From Bacteroidota bacterium (GTDB lineage Bacteria; Bacteroidota; Bacteroidia; Bacteroidales; JBHOTF01), in assembly GCA_042584005.1 (NCBI GenBank), contig JBHOTF010000003.1:10652-74651 (forward strand): a stretch of 64,000 nt of DNA. The letters run 5' to 3'. Both the position numbers and the translations under genes were made by a program. Numbering within the stretch: the first letter of the stretch is position 1; each line of letters opens with the position of its first letter. This document shows, in pieces, positions 8,692 through 16,656 of this stretch. The notes under the pieces are model-generated. The model saw only the letters and a list, made by a program, of their open reading frames with translations, was not told where the DNA came from and did not search any database.

Positions 8692-10227
8692 TTATGTTTT
8701 TCTATAAGGAATTTTTAATTTGTTCATCCTGTTTCTTAATGTGCTGGCATTAACTCCAAGTAATTTTGCTGCTCCTTTAGGTCCATGTACTCTCCCTTTT
8801 GTTTTTAAAAGAACATTCGTAATGTGTTTTTTTACAGCCTTATCAAGATTGTATGACTCTGATCCATTTTGTTCAGCAGATAATAAACTGTCGAAATTTA
8901 TAGGTCCTTCGGGATTCAGTATTAATGCTCGTTCTACAATATTTTGAAGCTCTCTGACATTTCCAGGCCAATTATATTTCATTAAGGTTTTGATTGCTCC
9001 TGAAGAAACTTCAGGAACCGAGGTTAATTTTAATTCCTTAACTTTCTGACTGATAAAATGCTGAAGCAATACCGGGATATCAGCTTTTCTATCCCGTAAG
9101 GACGGTATTCTGATAGATAAGGCATTCAGACGAAACCATAAATCTTCTCTGAATTTTTTATCCTTAACCATTTCTTCAAGATTCCTGTTTGTGCCAACTA
9201 TTATTTTTATATCCAGCTTTATTGATTTATTTCCACCTATTCTTTCAATTTTATTGTTTTGAAGAACTCGAAATAACTTTTCCTGAGTATATAAGGGTAA
9301 TCTGCCTATTTCATCGAGATAAATAGTTCCTTTATTTGCGCGCTCAAGCCTGCCTCTCTGACTGGATATAGCACCAGGGAAAGCTCCTTTTTCATATCCG
9401 AAAAGTTCACCATCGATATGATGATCAGGTATATCACTACAGTTAAGGGATACAAATGGCCCTTTGTTTTTTGAAGAATAATAATGAATAGCATTAGCAA
9501 TAATATCTTTGCCAACTCCAATTTCTCCTACCAGCAAAACCGGACTGATAACTGAGGAAACTTGCCTGACCATTTCCATAACATTTCTTAAGCCGAAGTT
9601 AGCCCCAATTATTTCATCGCCCGATTTCCTTCTAAGCTGAGTATGAAGATATTGGTTGTCATCAATCAATAAGTTATATCGTTTAATAAGTTTCCTGTGC
9701 TCCAAAGTATTTGATAATGCCAGAACAAATGTTTCCTTTAATAAGGAAATTAGTTTTGCATGATTTTCATGATATTTTTGCCTGCCATCAGCAATTAATA
9801 CAAAGCTGCCAAGCAATTTATATTCCGTTCTTAGGAGCATTATCAACATTGCATTGGCTTTAACTTTATAAGAATCTAAAATCTCCCGGCCAATAATCCC
9901 CTTTTCAAGACCGTTATAAAAAACAACATCAGCAATCTTGCTTTTTTCTATTTTTTTTAGATCTGATTTTGCTTCACCGGATAAACGGATCAATAAATCT
10001 GATTTTTTTGATTTTGTATATGTTGCCTCGGCAATAGCTCTCATTGAGTTCCCCCCAGCATCATATTTTAATAGAAATATGCGGTCAGCAGGAATACTTT
10101 GTTTAATATACCTGATAAATGTTAATAAGGCCTTCTCAATTTCTAATTGTCCGCAAATATGAAGAGTAGCTTTTTGGAAAAATTCGTTTTTATTGATATG
10201 GTCCATGACAGAATATTTTTTTGTCAA
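8692..10227 (-). CDS. Sigma-54-type enhancer-binding protein (GAF sensor + AAA+ + Fis-type HTH) with a non-canonical GAFPGA loop
   Basis: AAA+ core VLLVGEIGVGKDIIANAIH..ELFGYEKGAFPGA..GTIYLDEIGRLPLYTQEKLFRVLQ..RLNALSIRIPSLRDRKADI. C-terminal HTH AAKLLGVNASTLRNRMNKL. The ORF opens with TTG 10227; ATG 10206 (MDHINKNEFF) is the more likely start. Confidence 0.88.
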   Translation of the reverse strand: MTKKYSVMDHINKNEFFQKATLHICGQLEIEKALLTFIRYIKQSIPADRIFLLKYDAGGNSMRAIAEATYTKSKKSDLLIRLSGEAKSDLKKIEKSKIADVVFYNGLEKGIIGREILDSYKVKANAMLIMLLRTEYKLLGSFVLIADGRQKYHENHAKLISLLKETFVLALSNTLEHRKLIKRYNLLIDDNQYLHTQLRRKSGDEIIGANFGLRNVMEMVRQVSSVISPVLLVGEIGVGKDIIANAIHYYSSKNKGPFVSLNCSDIPDHHIDGELFGYEKGAFPGAISSQRGRLERANKGTIYLDEIGRLPLYTQEKLFRVLQNNKIERIGGNKSIKLDIKIIVGTNRNLEEMVKDKKFREDLWFRLNALSIRIPSLRDRKADIPVLLQHFISQKVKELKLTSVPEVSSGAIKTLMKYNWPGNVRELQNIVERALILNPEGPINFDSLLSAEQNGSESYNLDKAVKKHITNVLLKTKGRVHGPKGAAKLLGVNASTLRNRMNKLKIPYRKT

Positions 10228-10370
10228 ATACGGCGAATGTAATGATAATTGCCATATATGACAAATATTTAGCTTGCAAAGTAAAGACCCGTGATCTGGC
10301 AGATGATTATTTGCTTTTTTAATTGATTCAAAATTATTAACTTCATTGGCTTGATTTAATATTAAGTTTA

Positions 10371-11882
10371 ATGAAGAAAAAGCGATTTTTTTTATTTTTT
10401 TTCCCCGGAATAATAATCGGAATATTTTTTATCTTTTTAGGAAATAAGGCTGTTAGCGTGACTTCCACTGATAAATATTGTGCCTCCTGCCATGTCCATC
10501 CACAGGCAGATCAATCATGGAAAAAATCAACTCATTATAATAATAAATCAGGAGTTCAGGTTCATTGTGTACAATGTCATTTGCCTCCTCATGGGGAAGG
10601 CTATTTGGGAGCTAAAATTAAAACAGGACTAAAAGACCTGTTTGCAACCTGGTTTAAAGATTCTGCTGATTATAACTGGGAAGAAAAATCGAGATTGGAA
10701 AATGCTGTACACTTCGTTCCTGAAGAATCGTGCATTGCTTGTCACCAGACAATATTTATGGTTTCATTATCAAAAGAAGGCGAAGAAGCACATTTATATT
10801 ATTCAGAAAAAATTAAAAAAGAGAATATTCATTGCATTAACTGCCATATCGGTGTTGGACATTATAACCCGGATTTAATTCATGCAAAAAATCTGGAATT
10901 TGGAAAAGGAAGCGAAGAGAATACAAAAGTGTATAAAAAACCTGCCTCAGTAAAAAAATTCGAAAATTATACAGAATATATCCCGGGCTCTACTATTTCC
11001 TTTAACATGAAAGCTATTCCCGGTGGAAAGTTCATTATGGGAAGCCCTGATGATGAACCTTATCGTGATAATGATGAAGGGCCACTAAAAGAAATTGCTG
11101 TTAAGGCATTTTTTATGGCCGAGATTGAAGTTAGCTGGGATGAGTTCCTGGTATTTTATTCACAAACATCAGGCGAAGGGAGAAGCTCAGATAGCGAAGC
11201 AAGTAAAAAACAAATTGATGTTGATGCCATTGCTGGGGCCACACCTCCATACGGGCAACCAGATCAGAACTGGGGACTGGGAAAAAGACCCGCAATTACT
11301 ATGACATGGCATGCCGCAGAAACATATTGTAAATGGTTATCGAAAGTAACAGGAAAAAATTACAGGTTACCTACTGAAGCCGAATGGGAATATGCCTGTC
11401 GTGCCGGAACAACTACACCGTATTTTTTCGAGGGGAGTCCAAAGAAATTTCACAAAACAGGATTCTTTAGCAAGTTTTCATCAAATGACACCACTATAAT
11501 TAATTCATTTGTAATATATTCTGAGAACAGCAAATCAAAAACCCAGCCTCCGGAATCTGTTTTGCCCAATAAATTCGGTTTAAGGAATATGTTGGGTAAT
11601 GTCGCTGAGTTTTGCAGTGATTGGTATTCTGAGAATACATATTCAGATGGTTCGGCAGATAATCCTGCGGGGCCTGAATCGGGAACTGAACATGTTGTAC
11701 GCGGAGGCTCCTATAAGGATAATGCAGGTAATTTAAGAGCTGCAAACAGAGACTTTACAAAAAAGAAAAGCTGGCTGAGAACCGATCCGCAAATACCTAA
11801 AAGTATTTGGTGGTATTCCGACTGTTCCTGGGTAGGAATAAGAGTGGTTTGCGATTATGATGAAAATACAGCTAATAAATAA
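10371..11882 (+). CDS. Fusion protein: N-terminal TM helix + NapC/NirT-type tetrahaem cytochrome c + C-terminal FGE-sulfatase (SUMF1-like) fold domain
   Basis: TM helix FFLFFFPGIIIGIFFIFLG. Four CxxCH motifs (CASCH, CVQCH, CIACH, CINCH) lie in the first ~170 aa. FGE-fold motifs follow: PGGKFIMGSPDDEPYRDNDEGP, YRLPTEAEWEYACRAG, GNVAEFCSDWY, VVRGGSY. Confidence 0.85.
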   Translation: MKKKRFFLFFFPGIIIGIFFIFLGNKAVSVTSTDKYCASCHVHPQADQSWKKSTHYNNKSGVQVHCVQCHLPPHGEGYLGAKIKTGLKDLFATWFKDSADYNWEEKSRLENAVHFVPEESCIACHQTIFMVSLSKEGEEAHLYYSEKIKKENIHCINCHIGVGHYNPDLIHAKNLEFGKGSEENTKVYKKPASVKKFENYTEYIPGSTISFNMKAIPGGKFIMGSPDDEPYRDNDEGPLKEIAVKAFFMAEIEVSWDEFLVFYSQTSGEGRSSDSEASKKQIDVDAIAGATPPYGQPDQNWGLGKRPAITMTWHAAETYCKWLSKVTGKNYRLPTEAEWEYACRAGTTTPYFFEGSPKKFHKTGFFSKFSSNDTTIINSFVIYSENSKSKTQPPESVLPNKFGLRNMLGNVAEFCSDWYSENTYSDGSADNPAGPESGTEHVVRGGSYKDNAGNLRAANRDFTKKKSWLRTDPQIPKSIWWYSDCSWVGIRVVCDYDENTANK

Positions 11883-11911
11883 GAAAAATTAAAACCTAAA
11901 ACTATAATATT

Positions 11912-13264
11912 ATGAAAGAAAAAGATCAGATTTCCAGAAGAAATTTTATTAGCAAAGCAGCAGCTGTAGGTGCTGTGGGCGCTGTGGGTATTCCTGTATT
12001 GATGAATGCCTGTAAAACGGGAACTGTTCCGCAAGATCTGGTTCTCCCTCCCTTACTTGATATTGCACCTGATGGTCCTGAATTAAAAGCCGGATTGATT
12101 GGATGTGGAGGTCGTGGTACAGGAGCAGCAATGAATTTTCTCAGTGCAGGCCCAAATCTTAAAATAACCGCTCTCGGTGATGTATTACAGGATAGGTTAG
12201 ATGATTGTTTTAAGCAACTAATTGAGAAAAAACAAAATGAAGTGGCAAAAGAAAACTGCTTTGTTGGTTTTGATGCGTTTGAAAAAGTTATTAGCTCAGG
12301 AGTTGATATAATAATACTTGCAACTCCACCATTTTTCCGCCCTGAACATTTTGCTGCTGCTGTACAGGCCGGTAAACATGTATTTATGGAAAAACCTGTT
12401 TGCGTTGACCCTGTAGGTGCACGATCAATAATGGCAACCGCAAAAAAAGCTGAAACTCTTGGACTATCTGTTGTAACAGGTACCCAGAGAAGACATCAGA
12501 GAGATTATATAGGCATTTACAAACGAGTTATGGCAGGTGATATGGGTGAAATTGTAGCTGCAAATGCATACTGGAATGGAGGCAAATTATGGCATAAAGA
12601 TCCCAGACCTGATTGGACGGAGATGGAATATATGATAAGAGACTGGGTTAACTGGTGCTGGCTGTCAGGTGACCATATTGTTGAACAGCATGTGCATAAC
12701 CTTGATGTAATAAACTGGTTTACAGGCTCACATCCTGTTAAAGCCGTTGGATTCGGGTCACGTTTAAGAAGAGTAACAGGCGATCAGTTCGACAATTTCA
12801 GTATTGATTATATATATGAAAACGATATGCATCTGCATAGTATGTGCCGTCAGATAAATGGTTGTGTTAATAATGTTTCTGAATTTATTATGGGAACAAA
12901 AGGGCATACCGATTGTCATAAATTTATTTATAATCCTGATGGGACTGTAAAATTCGAATACCCATATCCATTAAACGAAGATGGTGAATCAACAGGTAGA
13001 GTTAAAGTTGGCCCTTATGTTCAGGAGCACATTGATCTGGTAACTGGAATTCGCCGTAATGAGCCTTACAATGAAGCAGAAAATACCGCAATTTCAACTC
13101 TCACAGCTATTATGGGAAGAATATCTGCTTATACCGGTAAAGAAACCACCTGGGACGAAATGATGAATTCAGACCTTAAATTAGGGCCGAAAGTATTTGT
13201 TATGGGTCCGGTCGATATTAATAAAGAAGTACCAATTGCGGGGGAAGCTTATGTCGGGAAATAA
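11912..13264 (+). CDS. Gfo/Idh/MocA-family oxidoreductase with a twin-arginine (Tat) signal
   Basis: Tat motif ISRRNFISKAAAVGAVGAVG. Rossmann KAGLIGCGGRGTGAA. Conserved EKPV and the C-terminal alpha/beta domain are present. Confidence 0.88.
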   Translation: MKEKDQISRRNFISKAAAVGAVGAVGIPVLMNACKTGTVPQDLVLPPLLDIAPDGPELKAGLIGCGGRGTGAAMNFLSAGPNLKITALGDVLQDRLDDCFKQLIEKKQNEVAKENCFVGFDAFEKVISSGVDIIILATPPFFRPEHFAAAVQAGKHVFMEKPVCVDPVGARSIMATAKKAETLGLSVVTGTQRRHQRDYIGIYKRVMAGDMGEIVAANAYWNGGKLWHKDPRPDWTEMEYMIRDWVNWCWLSGDHIVEQHVHNLDVINWFTGSHPVKAVGFGSRLRRVTGDQFDNFSIDYIYENDMHLHSMCRQINGCVNNVSEFIMGTKGHTDCHKFIYNPDGTVKFEYPYPLNEDGESTGRVKVGPYVQEHIDLVTGIRRNEPYNEAENTAISTLTAIMGRISAYTGKETTWDEMMNSDLKLGPKVFVMGPVDINKEVPIAGEAYVGK

Positions 13265-14216
13265 TAACTCACGAAGGTCTTTTATTAAAAAGGCCGCTGG
13301 TTCAGCTGCTGTAATTATGGCAGCACCAGCTTTTGCAAGTGCTGCAACAGACGATAAAAAAAAGAAAAAAAAGAAGAATCTGCCTCCTGCTCCTTTTAAT
13401 CTGAAATATGCCCCTTCTTTTGGGATGTTCAGAGAAAGTGCCGGGAATGATCTTATTGATCAAATAAAATTTTGTCATGATCAGGGATTTCGTGCAATAT
13501 TTGATAACGGGCTGATGGGACGGGAAAAATCTATGCAGGAAAAAATTGCATATGAGCTCGACAGGCTTGGAATGGATCTTGGACCTTTTGTTTTGTATGC
13601 TGATTTTTCGGTTACTTCCTTTGTTACAAACGATGGAGAGAAAAGGAAAATGCTGATAAACAGGATGAAAGAAGGGGCTGAAACCGCAAGAATTACCGGT
13701 GTCAAATGGGCGCTGGTGGTTCCTGGTAGGTACGATGAAAGACTTCATTGGGATTATCAAACAAATAATGTTATTGATAATCTGAAATTTTGTATGGAAA
13801 TTCTGGAACCTGCAGGATTAACAATGGTTCTCGAGCCTTTGAATACTTTGCGCGATCATCCGGGATTATTCTTAACTGAAATGCCCCAGACTTATATGAT
13901 AGCAAAAGCTGTAAATAATCCATACTGTAAGATTGTTGACGATATATATCATCAGCAAATAACAGAAGGGAATATTATACCTAATATTGAATATTGCTAT
14001 GAAGAAATCGCTGCTTTCCATCTTGGTGATAATCCCGGAAGAAAAGAACCTACCTCAGGTGAAATAAACTATAAGAATATTTTCAAATATCTTTATAATA
14101 AAGAATTTGATGGAGTGTTATGTATGGAGCATGGAAAATCCTTAAAAGGCATTGAAGGTGAAAAGGCTGTGATTCAGGCATATAGGGAATGTGATGCATT
14201 TTTAGAAAAAGACTGA
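13251..14216 (+). CDS. Xylose-isomerase-like TIM-barrel protein (sugar phosphate isomerase/epimerase or hydroxypyruvate-isomerase-like) with a Tat signal
   Basis: Start chosen at ATG 13251 (MSGNNNSRRSFIKKAAGSAAVIMAAPAFASA, a Tat signal), which overlaps the upstream stop by 14 nt. The track start 13197 would bury the signal. TIM-barrel motifs VLEPLN and MEHG are present. Confidence 0.82.
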   Translation: MSGNNNSRRSFIKKAAGSAAVIMAAPAFASAATDDKKKKKKKNLPPAPFNLKYAPSFGMFRESAGNDLIDQIKFCHDQGFRAIFDNGLMGREKSMQEKIAYELDRLGMDLGPFVLYADFSVTSFVTNDGEKRKMLINRMKEGAETARITGVKWALVVPGRYDERLHWDYQTNNVIDNLKFCMEILEPAGLTMVLEPLNTLRDHPGLFLTEMPQTYMIAKAVNNPYCKIVDDIYHQQITEGNIIPNIEYCYEEIAAFHLGDNPGRKEPTSGEINYKNIFKYLYNKEFDGVLCMEHGKSLKGIEGEKAVIQAYRECDAFLEKD

Positions 14217-14278
14217 TATAGAGAGCTTTAAAATATTCAGATAAAGGAAATCCTAACTATTATAATTTCCCTTTTATT

Positions 14279-14286
14279 TATCTTTG
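14279..14286 (+). promoter_or_regulatory. Bacteroidota-type -7 promoter box (TATCTTTG)
   Basis: TAnnTTTG match 8 nt upstream of ATG 14294, implying a very short leader. Confidence 0.5.
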
Positions 14287-14293
14287 CGTTAAT

Positions 14294-15448
14294 ATGCATA
14301 AATATGGTATAAAAGATTATGATGTTGTTATAGTTGGTGCCGGCCCGGCAGGATGTACCTGTGCCCTGGCATTAAAACAGTCGGGACTAAAAATAGCATT
14401 GGTAGATAAAGCTAAATTTCCCCGAAAAAAAGTGTGTGGAGACCTTATAACAGGCAGGGCAATAAAAATATTGAATAAACTATCTCCGGCATATGTGGAG
14501 GAATTAAAGAATACACAAAATCTTCTTATTAATAGAAAAACAGCCACATATTATAAGAATAAAAGATTGGAATTTAAATGGGTTAATGAAGCCTGTTTAT
14601 GCTCCAGAAAAGATTTCGATAATTTTTTGCTTAATCTGGTCAAGAAAAATACTAATACCGATATTTATGAAGGTTTTAATATTGATGACATTAAAAACAA
14701 TAATGAAAAAGTCTGTATTACAGCCGATAATGATAAAATAGTTATTAATACTAAAATAATAATTGGCGCTGATGGAGCAAGATCTATTGTTGCAAAAAAA
14801 CTATCAAACAGATTATCTGAAGATAAATATAAAGTTGATGCTGTTCAGGTATATTTCAAAAATGTAAAATGTTCCTCTGATAATACTGCTGAAATATATT
14901 TTGATAAAAAGTTTCTTCCAGGTTATTTTTGGTTGTTTGCTCTACCTGACAATATTGTTAATGTTGGTTTTGGGATGCTTACTAAAGAAATAAAACATAG
15001 GAAAATCAATATTAAGGAGGCATTTTACAGTTTTATAAATGAATCGGAAATTTTAAAAGAAAAATTTAAAAATTCTGAACAAATCTGCGAGATAGAAGGC
15101 GCCAGGTTGCCGATAGGATCAAAAATAACTAATGTTTCAGGAGAAAGATTTTTATTAACAGGCGATGCTGCCTCACTAATTGATCCTCTGAATGGTGAAG
15201 GAATAGGGAATGCAATGCTAAGTGGAAAAACAGCTGCAAGCCAGGTAGTTAAAAGTTTTGAAAACAACGATTTTAGTGCAGGTTATCATAAAAATTATGA
15301 TAAGGAATTGAAAAAATCTATAGGGAAGGAATTACAAAGCCGCTATAAAATGATGACACTATTCTTAAGGATCAGGATTATCCCGGGTTTGATATTTTTT
15401 TTAGCGACAAATAGATATATCAGGAAAAGAATTCAAAAATTTCTTTAA
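14294..15448 (+). CDS. Geranylgeranyl-reductase-family FAD-dependent oxidoreductase
   Basis: FAD-binding YDVVIVGAGPAGCTCA. GADGARS and TGDAASLIDPLNGEGIGNAMLSG motifs are also present. Confidence 0.85.
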   Translation: MHKYGIKDYDVVIVGAGPAGCTCALALKQSGLKIALVDKAKFPRKKVCGDLITGRAIKILNKLSPAYVEELKNTQNLLINRKTATYYKNKRLEFKWVNEACLCSRKDFDNFLLNLVKKNTNTDIYEGFNIDDIKNNNEKVCITADNDKIVINTKIIIGADGARSIVAKKLSNRLSEDKYKVDAVQVYFKNVKCSSDNTAEIYFDKKFLPGYFWLFALPDNIVNVGFGMLTKEIKHRKINIKEAFYSFINESEILKEKFKNSEQICEIEGARLPIGSKITNVSGERFLLTGDAASLIDPLNGEGIGNAMLSGKTAASQVVKSFENNDFSAGYHKNYDKELKKSIGKELQSRYKMMTLFLRIRIIPGLIFFLATNRYIRKRIQKFL

Positions 15449-15450
15449 AA

Positions 15451-16551
15451 TTATTTATTGAAAATTTTTGGATGCATTCCCAGTCCGGGATAATTATCGG
15501 GTATCATCAAAGGACCATCATAAGAGTATCCTCCAACAAGCGGATCTTCGCTCATTAATATTGGCGTGTCAAGATCGAAAAAACTAATACCATCAACTGC
15601 CTGGGCAATTGCAAGAGAGCACCCCATTGCAAGTCGGCTTTCTACCATCCCCCCAATCATTAATCCCAATCCTGCTGTTAAGGTCATTGATGCTATTTCA
15701 AAAGTATCAATTACACCCGACTTCATTATTTTTAAATTAATTACATCAGCAGCATCTCTTTTAATTACTTCCAGGGCATCAGCTTTTGTGAAAACTGTCT
15801 CATCAGCTGCCAATGGTACATTGATAGATTGTTTTATTTTTATCATTCCTTCAATATCTTCCCTTTTTACAGGCTGCTCATAAAGAATGATTTTGCACCC
15901 TCTTTTCTCCAATTCATTAACAAATAAAATAGCCTCATCAACTTCAAATCCCTGATTGGCATCGAATATAAATTCTGCATCAGGTATTAATTCGTTGATA
16001 TGGTTTACCAGTTTTATTTCATTATCGAAATTACTTCCCACCTTGATTTTAAAAGTATTAAATCCCTTTTTAAACCATTGTTCAGCCAATTCAACAGATC
16101 TTTTGAATCCAAGAATAGGGATGGTAATATCAGTTTTTAAACCAGTAATAAGCCTTCCCCCAAATAATTCGCGGAAAGGAATATTAAGAAATCTGCTGTA
16201 TGCATCCAGTATTGCAATTTCGTATCCACATCTGACAGCAGTCTGTCCGGGCATTATTTCTTTTATTAAACGACTTAAATACACATAGTTATGAACAGCT
16301 TTGCCAATTAAATGTTCTTTCAGCTTATTGGCAACATCGACGCAAAAATCACGATCCTCTCCGGTTAATTCTTCAAACGGGGCAATTTCTCCATAACCCT
16401 TAATGCCTGATTTTAATGTTATTTCCAAAAACACATTCTCGGCTCTTTCAATACTTCCCCGGGAAATAGTAAAAGCATCTGTCAGACTTATATTCACAGG
16501 TCTAATATCAATACTTTCAATTGTTAAATCTCTGGTTCTGGTTTTATTCAT
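15451..16551 (-). CDS. Dipeptide epimerase (L-Ala-D/L-Glu epimerase-like), enolase superfamily
   Basis: Mandelate racemase/muconate-lactonizing fold: FKIKVG, FDANQGF, YEQPV, LAADE, NLKIMKSG, MIGGMVES. Confidence 0.85.
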   Translation of the reverse strand: MNKTRTRDLTIESIDIRPVNISLTDAFTISRGSIERAENVFLEITLKSGIKGYGEIAPFEELTGEDRDFCVDVANKLKEHLIGKAVHNYVYLSRLIKEIMPGQTAVRCGYEIAILDAYSRFLNIPFRELFGGRLITGLKTDITIPILGFKRSVELAEQWFKKGFNTFKIKVGSNFDNEIKLVNHINELIPDAEFIFDANQGFEVDEAILFVNELEKRGCKIILYEQPVKREDIEGMIKIKQSINVPLAADETVFTKADALEVIKRDAADVINLKIMKSGVIDTFEIASMTLTAGLGLMIGGMVESRLAMGCSLAIAQAVDGISFFDLDTPILMSEDPLVGGYSYDGPLMIPDNYPGLGMHPKIFNK

Positions 16552-16656
16552 AATTGAAATTCTAATTATTGAGTAATCAATGGGATACTAAAATAGAGAT
16601 TCTTTCGTAAAGAAAAAAATTTGTATATTTACTATTGAATAACCAAATCAAATTTT

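Noticed and set aside
10297-10314. Sigma-54-like TGGCA...TTGC motif in the divergent region between the EBP gene and the cytochrome operon
   Set aside because: The sequence is TGGC-agatgattat-TTGC, with 10 nt between the blocks (GG-N13-GC). The canonical -24/-12 promoter needs GG-N10-GC. Being three bases off is not tolerated, so I do not call it. On the opposite strand, GGGTCTTTACTTTGCA at about 10274-10291 has GG-N10-GC spacing. Its -24 half is poor, though, and it also resembles a one-mismatch TAnnTTTG box.
13302-13760. 152-aa and 74-aa minus-strand ORFs
   Set aside because: They are antisense to the Tat-signal TIM-barrel gene and have no recognisable features.
14241-14276. Hairpin ggaaat-N14-atttcc after the TIM-barrel gene as a terminator
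   Set aside because: The stem is only 6 bp and AT-rich, with a 14-nt loop and an interrupted T-tract. I do not consider that enough to call a terminator.
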